Shown here: positions 41,899 through 51,330 of the stretch, one piece after another
Numbering within the stretch: position 1 is the stretch's first letter
Layout: each line of letters begins with the position of its first letter
Source: a virus
IMG/VR virus record: IMGVR_UViG_3300017991_000010
Span: 1 to 64,000 of that record
Direction: 5' to 3' (one strand)
DNA: 64,000 nucleotides
The notes under the pieces: generated by a model
Seen by the model: only the letters and a program-made list of their open reading frames with translations
Told to the model about the DNA's origin: nothing
The model's database searches: none
Program-made: the position numbers and the translations under genes

Positions 41899-42453
41899 AT
41901 GCCCGGTGAGCAGGGATCGCATCCTATCCAGCAACTGGCGCCGATCGTAGCGCAGGAAACGTCCTACTCCGTCTCGGGCGTGGGCGCGAACGAGACCCGT
42001 ACGGTACTGTGTGACGCTACAGGCCGGCTGGTCGTCGTAGCGCCCGCGGCAGGCATCGGCGTCGACATCCAGTTCGTCGATGGCAACCCCGTCCAGAGCG
42101 ATGGCGCCGGCACCATGAACGTCGCAGTCCAGGGCGTCGAGGGCGACGACACGACCCTGACCCCAGTCCCCGCAGCGCGCTTCTCGCCCGTCGACAGCGA
42201 GGGCGGCTCGCAGGCCGTGACGAACGTGAGCGCGCGCATCGGTCCCTTGACGGTCAACAAGGCCATCCAGTTCTTCTGCGACGAGATTTGTTGGTGCGCC
42301 AAGGGGAACAACACCGTGGTAGCGACCAACAACGACACGCCCATCCAGGCTGGCGTGGTCTACGAGTACGTGCCCACGGCGGGGAACGACTATCTCGCGT
42401 TCATCCACGACGCGAACGACGGCGACCTCAAATACGGTCGGGCGGAGGCGTAG
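41899..42453 (+). CDS. Beta-rich putative virion surface or adaptor protein
   Basis: V/T/N/D-rich beta pattern; immediately upstream of the beta-helix genes. Confidence 0.45.
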   Translation: MPGEQGSHPIQQLAPIVAQETSYSVSGVGANETRTVLCDATGRLVVVAPAAGIGVDIQFVDGNPVQSDGAGTMNVAVQGVEGDDTTLTPVPAARFSPVDSEGGSQAVTNVSARIGPLTVNKAIQFFCDEICWCAKGNNTVVATNNDTPIQAGVVYEYVPTAGNDYLAFIHDANDGDLKYGRAEA

Positions 42454-42456
42454 ATC

Positions 42457-44097
42457 ATGGGCTCAACGCTCTGGGGCACGACGCTACCGAGGGGCGGTGG
42501 TGCTGGTGGTGCGCTTTCACTGCCCGACATCCAGCAGATCCTCATCGTGGACAAGACCGCAGGCACTTACGCGCCCGACGGCACGCAGCAGCGTCCCTTC
42601 AACTCGATCGGTGCGGCCGTGACTGCCGCAGTAGCGCTTGCGCCCACGACGACCAATCGCATTCTGATCTACATCCACCCGGGCATCTACGAAGAAGCCG
42701 TAGCCATCACCAACGACTTCATCTACCTCCAGGGCGAGGATCGGGACACGACGATCATCACGAGCGACACGGTGACCCTGGGGATCACGGCCGACGAGGT
42801 CTCGGTTTCGGACCTGACGATCCACAGCGAGGATGCGTTCTACGCGATCGGCCTCAATGGCTCCTTCAACGAGTTCGTCCGGTTCTTCAACTGCCTGATC
42901 GATGTTGGTGACCCTGACGGGTACGTGTTCATCGAGGGCGGCGCCTCTGCGTGGTTCGAGCGCTGCGATTGGATCGTGGACGATGGTGCAGGAGGCGACC
43001 CTGCGCTTGCAACAGACGATGACGCGTCCAACCGCGTGGTCCTCAACGACTGCACCATCTCAGGTGGCTATATCGACTTCGACGGCGGCGCGCTCACAGT
43101 CCGGGACGGCTCGATCTCGTCCGACTCCGCCAACGGCTGTGTGCGCCTGACTGACGCCAACGTAGGCGTAGTCACGCTCGACAGCGTACACTTCATTGGC
43201 TTGGCTGCTGGGGCGCGCAAGATCTACGTGACCGCGGCGCCCACTCAGGGAATCGTGCGCAACTGCCTCTTTGACTCGGGCGCGAACAACCCCGACATCG
43301 ACTCGACCGTAGCACTCACCGGCTGGATCATTGAGGGCAACGTGATGGAGGCAGGGATCGACTCCAATGTCTCGCACGTGGCCCCGACGCGCTACGTGGG
43401 TGCGGCAGGGGACGTCGACTTTTATGCAGCCATCCAGGACGCTCTCGACGCGTGCACCTTCGACGACATCACCGTGCACCTGCTGCAGGACTTCACGATC
43501 GCCGCAGCGCTGACTCCGCCTTCAAGGCCCGTGATCATCGATGGCCATGGGTTCACGATAACGCGCGCGGCAGGCTCTCCGGCCATAACGATCGGCTCCA
43601 GTGACGACCTCGAGACACGGGACGTGAACATCGTTGGCAGCATCGACTTTGCTCCCGCGCAAGGAGGCGCTACGCTGCTCCTGGGCCCCGGCACGGTTCT
43701 TACGGGCATGCTTGACGTGCAGAGCGGTGACGCTACAGCCACAGTTGACCTGGACGGAGCTACCGTGAACGGCGACGCGAGCGACAACTACTGCATCCGT
43801 CTCGCCGACGCAGACCCGGTCGTGACGATCAAGCGCTCCTACCTGAAGGGCAATAGCGGCAACGTGGCCATCTACTGGGATACGGTCACGAACGACGACC
43901 TACAGCTCGCGTGGTCTACGGTGATCCACGGGAGCGTGGGCGCCAACAACCCTTTCGGGAGGTCGGGTGCGCAGACGCCAGACTACAAGTCGCACCACGA
44001 CGCGTACAACAGCGATCCCGAAGCAGGGGCGATCTGGACCAACCTGGTGGCTGCTGGGCAGCGGTTTGACAGCCTAGACGTGAACACGGACTACTAG
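42457..44097 (+). CDS. Pectin-lyase-like beta-helix protein, putative spike/receptor-binding protein 1
   Basis: DGTQQRPFNSIGAAV...IYIHPGIYEE...YLQGEDRDTTII; repeated F.NC.I rungs. Confidence 0.75.
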   Translation: MGSTLWGTTLPRGGGAGGALSLPDIQQILIVDKTAGTYAPDGTQQRPFNSIGAAVTAAVALAPTTTNRILIYIHPGIYEEAVAITNDFIYLQGEDRDTTIITSDTVTLGITADEVSVSDLTIHSEDAFYAIGLNGSFNEFVRFFNCLIDVGDPDGYVFIEGGASAWFERCDWIVDDGAGGDPALATDDDASNRVVLNDCTISGGYIDFDGGALTVRDGSISSDSANGCVRLTDANVGVVTLDSVHFIGLAAGARKIYVTAAPTQGIVRNCLFDSGANNPDIDSTVALTGWIIEGNVMEAGIDSNVSHVAPTRYVGAAGDVDFYAAIQDALDACTFDDITVHLLQDFTIAAALTPPSRPVIIDGHGFTITRAAGSPAITIGSSDDLETRDVNIVGSIDFAPAQGGATLLLGPGTVLTGMLDVQSGDATATVDLDGATVNGDASDNYCIRLADADPVVTIKRSYLKGNSGNVAIYWDTVTNDDLQLAWSTVIHGSVGANNPFGRSGAQTPDYKSHHDAYNSDPEAGAIWTNLVAAGQRFDSLDVNTDY

Positions 44098-44098
44098 C

Positions 44099-45700
44099 AT
44101 GCCTGGAATGCACATCTCGACACTCCCCCGCGGCGCAGTCGGCCTTGGGCGCCTCTCCCTGCCCGACATCACAAACGTTCTCTTCGTGGACAAGTCCTCC
44201 GAGGTGGGCTCGCAGGACGGCACGCAGCAGAACCCCTACCACACGATCCAGGCGGCCATCACGGCAGCCAACGCGCTCGCCGCTGTGGCTACGCCGTACC
44301 TGGTCTACGTGTATCCAGGCATCTACGACGAGGCGATCACGCTCTCGACCGACTACGTGTACCTCGCTGGCGCGAACCGGGACACGACGATCGTAGAGAA
44401 CTCGGGGGCGAACGTCGTCACGATCACCTCTGACCTGACGAGCATCAACGACCTCACGATCAGGGCAAGCAGCACGCGCCGCACGATCAGCATGGGCGTG
44501 GCTGCCAGCAACTACGTCCCGGTCTTCAACTGCATTCTGGCTGGCGCGACAGCGAACAACTACGTCGACGCTTCCCTTGGCGCGATGCTGCGGTTTGTTG
44601 ACTGCGCCTTCGTCAGTGACGTAGACGGCGTGGTCCTCCTGACTCTTACGGCTACTACTGACGTGCTGGTCGAGAACTGCGCCATCACAGGAGGTCTGCA
44701 CCACAGGCAAGGGAGCTTGCTCGTACAGGACTCCAGCATCCTTGCAGAGGCAGTCGACGGCATCCTGATGAACACTGCCGCGGCTTCTTTGTCCGTGCGA
44801 AATAGCCACATTGTGAGCACAAACAACTCGGCGATCATGGTGAACTTCGCGCCGGTGTCGATCGTGCTTCAGAACAACCTGATGTCAGCCAACGCGGCAT
44901 CCTACGCGATCGGAGCGGGGGTAGCGGTCACGGGTGCCGTAGTCGAGGACAACATCCTGACCACAGGGCTCGGCATCGACCCGGACGTCTCCCATGTGGC
45001 GCCCCACCGGAACGTAGGATCTAACGGGATGCGGGACTGGTACGCAACCACACAGAACGCGCTGGACTCCTGCACCTTCGACGGGATCACGGTGCACCTC
45101 CTAAAAGATGAGGCTACTGCTGCGCTGCTTAGGCCGCCTGACTTCTGTGTGATCGTCGACGGACACAACCACACGATCTCGCGCGCTGGGGGCGTGCTCA
45201 CCATACTGTCGGGAGAGTGCATAATAACCAAGCGTTTGGGTTTGGTCGGTAAGATCGTCGTAGCTGGCACCAACGGCCAGTTGTATCTGACAGATAGGAG
45301 TTCAGTTCTTGGTGGGATTCAGTTTGCTGTGACGTCAGCAGGCGCGATGCTAATACAAGACACCGAAATAGTGGGCTCTGCAGTGTGGAACTACCCCGTG
45401 CAGATTGACACTAACCCAGGCTTCTCCATCCTGATCAACCGCTCGAGGCTCGAAGGGGTATCTGGGTCCCCTGCAGTCTACTGGACGAGCGCGAACGACG
45501 ACCTATCGATCAAGTACAGCACACTGTGGCACGGCTCTGGCGCGGGAAACAACCCCTTTGGGCGTAGCGCTGCTCAGACGCCCGACTACAAGAGCTACCA
45601 GAGCGCCTACAACTCAGACCCCGAGGCTGGAGGCATCTGGACAAATCTGGTTGCGGCCGGGCAGCGCTGTGACTCGCTCGACGTCAACACGAACTACTGA
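44099..45700 (+). CDS. Pectin-lyase-like beta-helix protein, putative spike/receptor-binding protein 2 (paralog)
   Basis: DGTQQNPYHTIQAAI...VYPGIYDE; near-identical C-terminus to 42457-44097. Confidence 0.75.
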   Translation: MPGMHISTLPRGAVGLGRLSLPDITNVLFVDKSSEVGSQDGTQQNPYHTIQAAITAANALAAVATPYLVYVYPGIYDEAITLSTDYVYLAGANRDTTIVENSGANVVTITSDLTSINDLTIRASSTRRTISMGVAASNYVPVFNCILAGATANNYVDASLGAMLRFVDCAFVSDVDGVVLLTLTATTDVLVENCAITGGLHHRQGSLLVQDSSILAEAVDGILMNTAAASLSVRNSHIVSTNNSAIMVNFAPVSIVLQNNLMSANAASYAIGAGVAVTGAVVEDNILTTGLGIDPDVSHVAPHRNVGSNGMRDWYATTQNALDSCTFDGITVHLLKDEATAALLRPPDFCVIVDGHNHTISRAGGVLTILSGECIITKRLGLVGKIVVAGTNGQLYLTDRSSVLGGIQFAVTSAGAMLIQDTEIVGSAVWNYPVQIDTNPGFSILINRSRLEGVSGSPAVYWTSANDDLSIKYSTLWHGSGAGNNPFGRSAAQTPDYKSYQSAYNSDPEAGGIWTNLVAAGQRCDSLDVNTNY

Positions 45701-45710
45701 GAGGACTCTG

Positions 45711-46355
45711 ATGGCCAACGCTTTCTCCGATTCGTACACCGCGATGATCGATCAGCTGCGCGACATCGAGGAGGCGCTGCGCGGCGTGCAGGAGGTCTGG
45801 GACGACCTAGTAGATGAGCAGGTCCCGCACCTGGCGGCGCTGGACATGGACGGAGACCCCAGCCCCTTCGACGCCAAGCTCGCTGAGATGGGCACGTGGA
45901 CGAACGGAGTAGAGCTACGCCCTGCGGATCTTGCCGCGTCTGCGCGTTCGCGCTTTGCTTCCGAGGCGCTAGGCATTCGCGCAGCGTCGATCGAGGTGAT
46001 GCGAAAGCGCGCTCGCAGCATGGCAGAACGTCTAGCGCGGACGGCGCGGGAGCAAGCAAGAGGCGTCAGCCTTGTGACGCGCGCTCATGCGGACGCAGTA
46101 AAGGACCCGCACGATCTTGCTTGGGTGGCCAAGCTCCTGCTAGGCCTCCACGCGCTTGACCAAACGGGCGTGCCGAAGGGCGTCGAACCTACTGCGGCAG
46201 CCTTGATCGACGACGGGATGAAGCTGTGCGTGACGCGCGGGGCTACCTTGGCTCGCGTGGTCCGCACTCTGCTCCGCCAGTACCCGGATCACGTGCAGTC
46301 CCACGAGGTGCTGAAGGCCGCGCGCTACGCAGCGGGGTTGCAGGATGGTAGCTAA
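45711..46355 (+). CDS. Helical hypothetical protein
   Basis: RBS GAGGA; overlaps the next gene. Confidence 0.55.
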   Translation: MANAFSDSYTAMIDQLRDIEEALRGVQEVWDDLVDEQVPHLAALDMDGDPSPFDAKLAEMGTWTNGVELRPADLAASARSRFASEALGIRAASIEVMRKRARSMAERLARTAREQARGVSLVTRAHADAVKDPHDLAWVAKLLLGLHALDQTGVPKGVEPTAAALIDDGMKLCVTRGATLARVVRTLLRQYPDHVQSHEVLKAARYAAGLQDGS

Positions 46356-47262
46356 GCTCAACCACCACATCGGAGCGCATGCGGGAGATGCAGCAGCCAA
46401 CGCGTTCATCGCGGCAGCTGGTTGGACTGTCGAGAGCGGCTGGATGTACGACGACACGTCTTCAGGAAAGCTCAAGACCTGGGACGACCAGCAAAACGCT
46501 TGGCTCTTCTTCGGCGGCGCGTCGGGCGAGTCTGGACAAGAAACGCTTTGGGAGTGGAACGGCAACGACATCTCGCAGTTCGATAGTCCGCTGTCATACG
46601 GCGGAGGAAACGGCACACTCTCGGTGGCGACCTATCCTGCAGGTCTAGACGTGCCGCGCCGCAACCGCTTGGTGTACACCCATGACGGAAGCCCTGCAGT
46701 GCGCGCCGGCCGCCTGTACTGGATCAACGACCTCCCCACGCTGCCTGATGCCTACGTAGTGGAAGCCACGCTGGGCCCGCGCAACGAGCTAACCCTCGGC
46801 GCCAACACGGCCCCAGGTGTAGCTGTCCTGGGGCAGGATACGGCGCACTTCTTGCTGTTTGGCCGAGGGGGTGCCGGCTTCCAGGACGACCTCAACCTGG
46901 AGATCACCAACGGGGTGACATACGACGTTGGCGCACGGTGGACTACCATGCTGACCGGCGCGATGGATCGCACGGACGAAGGGTACCGAGTTCGGATGCT
47001 TGTCGATCTCCGAGACCCCACGGGCTCGACAGACCCTGGCATCAGCCTGTACCTGCTTCGCCCTGGCATGGAGGCCGTAACACGCGCCAGCTCGGTCGGC
47101 TGGACTGGATCTGGCGGTTCTCCGCCCCCAGACCCCTCGTCGTCCTGGGATGCGGGTTGGCAGTCCGGCGGCACATGCAAGAACGTAGGGCTGAACTTCC
47201 TGCATGACGCCACCGCCGCCGGCTCTGCGTACATCACAGACTTCCGTGTTCTAACCGTCTAG
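46345..47262 (+). CDS. Beta-rich (lectin-like?) putative surface protein
   Basis: W/G/T-rich beta pattern ending YITDFRV. Confidence 0.45.
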   Translation: MVAKLNHHIGAHAGDAAANAFIAAAGWTVESGWMYDDTSSGKLKTWDDQQNAWLFFGGASGESGQETLWEWNGNDISQFDSPLSYGGGNGTLSVATYPAGLDVPRRNRLVYTHDGSPAVRAGRLYWINDLPTLPDAYVVEATLGPRNELTLGANTAPGVAVLGQDTAHFLLFGRGGAGFQDDLNLEITNGVTYDVGARWTTMLTGAMDRTDEGYRVRMLVDLRDPTGSTDPGISLYLLRPGMEAVTRASSVGWTGSGGSPPPDPSSSWDAGWQSGGTCKNVGLNFLHDATAAGSAYITDFRVLTV

Positions 47263-47348
47263 GAGCAGATCATGTCAGGACTCATTCCACACTACCTCGG
47301 GCCCTTCGACCGGCACCACCTGGGTCGCGACGGGGTTCTGATGTCCCC

Positions 47349-47378
47349 TGGACAGCGCCTCGCCTAGCGTGATATCAT
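47349..47378 (+). promoter_or_regulatory. Leaderless-type promoter of the glycan-modification operon
   Basis: TGGACA-18 nt-TATCAT-6 nt-ATG(47385) with TG extension. Confidence 0.6.
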
Positions 47379-47384
47379 CCCCCC

Positions 47385-48152
47385 ATGCCTGGTTTGACTT
47401 ACGGCGTCATCATCCCTACCAGCGGCAACCGATACGTCCCCTACCTCCAGAACACCCTGGGCGCGATCCGGCGCCAGCGCTCCGAGGTCGGGATCAAGGT
47501 CGTGTGCCTCTACGACGAGCTGGAGGACTTCAAGCCGCTGGCCGACGTGTGCTGCGAGCACGACGCCGACCTGATCGTCACCGCGGGCAAGCACCCCGCC
47601 TTCTGCGCCCCCCGCGCGCGCAACATCGGAACGCGCGCGTCAGAGGCCGACGTGCTCCTCCACATCGACAGCGACATCGTGCTCCACCCGTCCACTTTCG
47701 ATGAGCTGGACGCGCTCTTCACTGCCGAGCAGGGCATCGCGGTCATCCTGTCCGTGTACCTGATGACGGGCTGCTGGCCCGCCGACCCGATCTTCCAGAT
47801 CACCGACCCCGCCGCCTTCGACTCGGTGTGCCGAGGGGGCAAGTTCACCCCTACGGGCTACGGCGCCGTGGCGGTCAAGCGTGCGGACGTTGAGCACATG
47901 CGCGGCCATGACGAGCGCTTCTACGGGCCCTGGGCCGACGACGTGGACTTCGTCCGGCGCCTCGAGCGCATGGGCCGGCGCGTCGTGCGTACGCAGGACG
48001 AGTGCAGGATGAGCATGATGCACCAGCACCACAGCTACCCCGGCGGCAAGATCCCCAACGCCTCGAACCCCTTCACGGCGCGCAACCGCAAGATCCTTGC
48101 CGAGTCGACCGACATCATCCGCAACCCGGACGGGTGGGGGGACCAGGACTGA
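47385..48152 (+). CDS. GT2/GT7C glycosyltransferase
   Basis: VIIPT, ARNIG, IDSD, GHDERFYGPWADDVDF, HQHH. Confidence 0.9.
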   Translation: MPGLTYGVIIPTSGNRYVPYLQNTLGAIRRQRSEVGIKVVCLYDELEDFKPLADVCCEHDADLIVTAGKHPAFCAPRARNIGTRASEADVLLHIDSDIVLHPSTFDELDALFTAEQGIAVILSVYLMTGCWPADPIFQITDPAAFDSVCRGGKFTPTGYGAVAVKRADVEHMRGHDERFYGPWADDVDFVRRLERMGRRVVRTQDECRMSMMHQHHSYPGGKIPNASNPFTARNRKILAESTDIIRNPDGWGDQD

Positions 48153-49012
48153 TGCATCCCACAGTGGCCCGGCGCATCCAGAGCGGCGAGATGAAGGACC
48201 CGCGCACCGGGGGCTTTTGGACCTTCGTACCCTACATGCCCAACCGGCCCGTGAGCTGCCTGACGCGCGCGCTCATCGCGCTGGACCGCGCCGTCGTGGA
48301 CGCACGCCACAGGGTCGAGGTCGTCGTCCAGGGCCCCTGCAAGCACGAGCTGCCCGACCCCGACGTGTTCGACTTCGACCTGCACTACGTCCACAACGAG
48401 CGCAACGAGGGCAACGCCAAGCCCCCCGCGGACTCCATCCGACGCTTCCTCGACAGCGACTGCGCCTGGTGGTGCCGCCTGCAAGACGACATCATCCTCG
48501 CCGATCGCGCTTGGCACCAGCTCGTGCTGATGATCCAGCAGGAGGCAGACAGAGGCGTGCGCATCGCCTGCGCGCAGGTCTCCACCGGCAACGCCAAGTG
48601 GATGAAGCCCTGGTGCTTCGAGATCAAGCCCGTGCCCGGCGGCGTCCCGCATCTAGCCCTCGTCGAGCACGCGCACGCCACCCACTCGGGCGGCTGGATG
48701 CAGTGGCACGTGGCTGAGTGCGTCGGCTTTGGTTCCACCGTGATCCGTCGCGAGCCTCTCGAGGAGGGTTGCATCCCGGACGAGCGCTATTTCGTCGGCG
48801 GCGTTGACACCGACCTCGCGCTGCAGTTCCACGCGGCGGGCTATCGGTCGATCCTGACGGTCGACCCCGTCTGCAAGCACATCCACAGCCAGTGCTCCAC
48901 CGAGGCCTACGACAACGCGCGCTACTCGAAGGAGCGGCACATGGAGGCGTGGCGCGTCTGGCGCGACAAGTGGGGCATGGACTTCGAGTTCCTCAGGACC
49001 TTCGGGAGGTAG
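48152..49012 (+). CDS. GT2-like glycosyltransferase
   Basis: RNEGNA, LQDDI, GFGSTVIRRE, DERYFVGGVDTDL. Confidence 0.75.
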   Translation: MHPTVARRIQSGEMKDPRTGGFWTFVPYMPNRPVSCLTRALIALDRAVVDARHRVEVVVQGPCKHELPDPDVFDFDLHYVHNERNEGNAKPPADSIRRFLDSDCAWWCRLQDDIILADRAWHQLVLMIQQEADRGVRIACAQVSTGNAKWMKPWCFEIKPVPGGVPHLALVEHAHATHSGGWMQWHVAECVGFGSTVIRREPLEEGCIPDERYFVGGVDTDLALQFHAAGYRSILTVDPVCKHIHSQCSTEAYDNARYSKERHMEAWRVWRDKWGMDFEFLRTFGR

Positions 49013-49014
49013 GA

Positions 49015-49683
49015 ATGAACCGCAAGACCCTCGAGTTCGATCGCAGGACGGTCGAGACCAACCAGCGCGAGTGGACCGGCGAAGGCCTCTGGGAGGCGAT
49101 CTGGAGGGACCTGCTGCCCCCCGGCGCCGACGGCCATCTCCTCGACATCGGCTGCGCCGTGCATTGCTGGTCCTGCAGCGACTACAAGGTGATCCGCTGC
49201 GACCAGTACGCCACGCGCGATCAGGGCGGCTGGACCCACTTCAAGACGGGCGACATCAACGGCCGCTGGCCCTACGGAGATCAGTCTTGCGAGGGCGTGA
49301 TCGCTGTCGAGGTGCTCGAGCACATCGAAAACGTCTGGCACTTCTACCGCGAGGCAGCTCGGGTCGCGCGCCGCTTCGTGCTGGTGACCACGCCCAACGT
49401 CGAGTGCCAGATCAGCCGCCGCCTCTTCGCCAAGACCGGACACTTGTTCAACTTCTCGCCCGAGGAGCGCGAACGCCACCGCCACATCAGCCCGATCTTC
49501 GGCTGGCAGATCGAGCACGCGGCCGAGGCTGCAGGCTGGCGGATCGAACACATCGGCTACGAGAGCCCCGACCTCGCGAAGGAGCCCCTCGTCAAGTCGA
49601 CCGTCGATGCGCACCCTGAGCTGTCGCACCTCGCGCCGGCGGGCATCAACCAGAGGACCCTCGTTGCCCTATGCGTACGCTAG
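49015..49683 (+). CDS. Class I SAM-dependent methyltransferase
   Basis: LLDIGC, EVLEHIEN, VTTPN. Confidence 0.85.
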   Translation: MNRKTLEFDRRTVETNQREWTGEGLWEAIWRDLLPPGADGHLLDIGCAVHCWSCSDYKVIRCDQYATRDQGGWTHFKTGDINGRWPYGDQSCEGVIAVEVLEHIENVWHFYREAARVARRFVLVTTPNVECQISRRLFAKTGHLFNFSPEERERHRHISPIFGWQIEHAAEAAGWRIEHIGYESPDLAKEPLVKSTVDAHPELSHLAPAGINQRTLVALCVR

Positions 49684-50513
49684 CGATCATCGGACAGGAC
49701 CGCTGCGGCAGCACGATCCTGGCGCGCATGCTCGACCGAGTCCCGGGCCTAGCGTCCGCGGGCGAAGTCCACTGGCTTGTCGACGCGCCCCCTCACCGCC
49801 CCCTAGCAACGCGCATTCGGGGCTGGCACATCTCGCGACGCTGTATGCGGCACGGCGCGTCCTGCCCCGTCTTCGATGAGCCTTTCATCACGCAGCGCTT
49901 TCCCGAGGGGGACTTGTATGCGATCGTGGCCAAACGGCTCGGGTGCGACACGCTCGTAAGCGCCGACAAGTCGCCCCAGCACTTCGAGCGCTTTACCGAG
50001 CGGGGGCAGCCCTTCGGCGTGATCTTGTACAAGCGGCCCCAGCGCGCGATCTACTCGCACATGGTCGGCGAGGCGAAGACCTTCGAGGAGGCGCTCGAGG
50101 CCTGGCACCGATTCTACGCGCTCGCGATCCGCTGGGCGCCTCAGTGGTGTAAGGAGTACGTCGCGCTCTCCTACGAGGACATCGTGCGGTCGCCGGGCTG
50201 GAGCGTCTACGCGATCACGCGCATGCTGGGCGCGCCCCGCACCGAGATCCCCCTCGCGCTCCCCGACGAGTACCACTTCATCGGCGGCAATCGCAACGCG
50301 CACCTCTGGGGGCGCATCAGCGAGGACCGCCGGTGGGAGAAGAACCTGGCCGCGCATCTGCAGGCCCAGGCAGACAAGGACCCCAGGACCAAGCGGATAC
50401 TGCGCCACCTCGAGCCCCTGCGACGAGAGAGTCTGCATGGCTGGCGACGCGCACAGGAGGAAGCTGATGCTACCGGGCGTGACGATCGTGATCCCGATCA
50501 CGCGACTGACTGA
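49671..50513 (+). CDS. PAPS-dependent sulfotransferase
   Basis: IIGQDRCGSTIL (5'-PSB loop), GEVHW, DKSP, RPQRAIYS, LSYEDIVRSP. Confidence 0.8.
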   Translation: MRTLAIIGQDRCGSTILARMLDRVPGLASAGEVHWLVDAPPHRPLATRIRGWHISRRCMRHGASCPVFDEPFITQRFPEGDLYAIVAKRLGCDTLVSADKSPQHFERFTERGQPFGVILYKRPQRAIYSHMVGEAKTFEEALEAWHRFYALAIRWAPQWCKEYVALSYEDIVRSPGWSVYAITRMLGAPRTEIPLALPDEYHFIGGNRNAHLWGRISEDRRWEKNLAAHLQAQADKDPRTKRILRHLEPLRRESLHGWRRAQEEADATGRDDRDPDHATD

Positions 50514-51330
50514 GGACTATGCGACGCGCCTGGGCTGCTGCCTGCGCTCGATCTCGCGCCAGACGCTAACCCGCGAGCGACGCGACACGATCATCTCGCT
50601 CTGCCTGCAGCCCAGGTCGATCGAGGAGAAGGCAGACGTGCTATCGGCGCTCCTAGGCGAGGCGATCATCCACCAGGCCTCGATCGTCTGCACCAAGCAC
50701 ATGCTCAACACGGACTACCCCACCGCGCTCGTGCGCAACATCGGGGGCAGGTGGGGCCGGCGCGAGTACCTGACCTTCGCCGACGTAGACGGCGTGCTCC
50801 ACCCTGAGGCACTCGAGGTTTCGCTGGAGCGCCTGGACGCAGCCCCCGAGACGTCGCCCCCCGCCGTGACGTGCATCCAGACGGCGATGACCAACTGGCC
50901 CCTGGGCTCGGCTAACTACGAGACGAGCGACCCTGAGGTCTTCGAGCACCGCTGCAACCAGTTCCCTCTAGCCATCGGCACGGGCTGCTGTACCGTGACG
51001 ACCCAGCGCGTCTTCGAGTACGTCCGCGGCTTCGACGAGCGCTACACCTGGTATGGCGCGTCCGACGTCGACTTCACCGACCGACTCGTGCGTGGGGGCT
51101 ACAGAGTCGAGAACCTGACCGAGACCTGTGGCTTGATGAACATGCACCAGCACCATGACAGAGGCGATCGCGACAAGGGCCACAGGCTCAGCGAGAAGCG
51201 CCGGGCCATGCACGACATCCTCGAGTCCTCGAAGGGCCAGCTCGTCCGCAACGAGGGCGAGCCCTGGGGCGGGATCGATTTGGCCGCGGATGCGCTTGAT
51301 GGCTGGCCAAATCCAACGGAAGGATCATGA
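50467..51330 (+). CDS. GT2/GT7C glycosyltransferase
   Basis: TIVIP, RNIGG, FADVD, RGFDERYTWYGASDVDF, HQHH. Confidence 0.85.
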   Translation: MLPGVTIVIPITRLTEDYATRLGCCLRSISRQTLTRERRDTIISLCLQPRSIEEKADVLSALLGEAIIHQASIVCTKHMLNTDYPTALVRNIGGRWGRREYLTFADVDGVLHPEALEVSLERLDAAPETSPPAVTCIQTAMTNWPLGSANYETSDPEVFEHRCNQFPLAIGTGCCTVTTQRVFEYVRGFDERYTWYGASDVDFTDRLVRGGYRVENLTETCGLMNMHQHHDRGDRDKGHRLSEKRRAMHDILESSKGQLVRNEGEPWGGIDLAADALDGWPNPTEGS

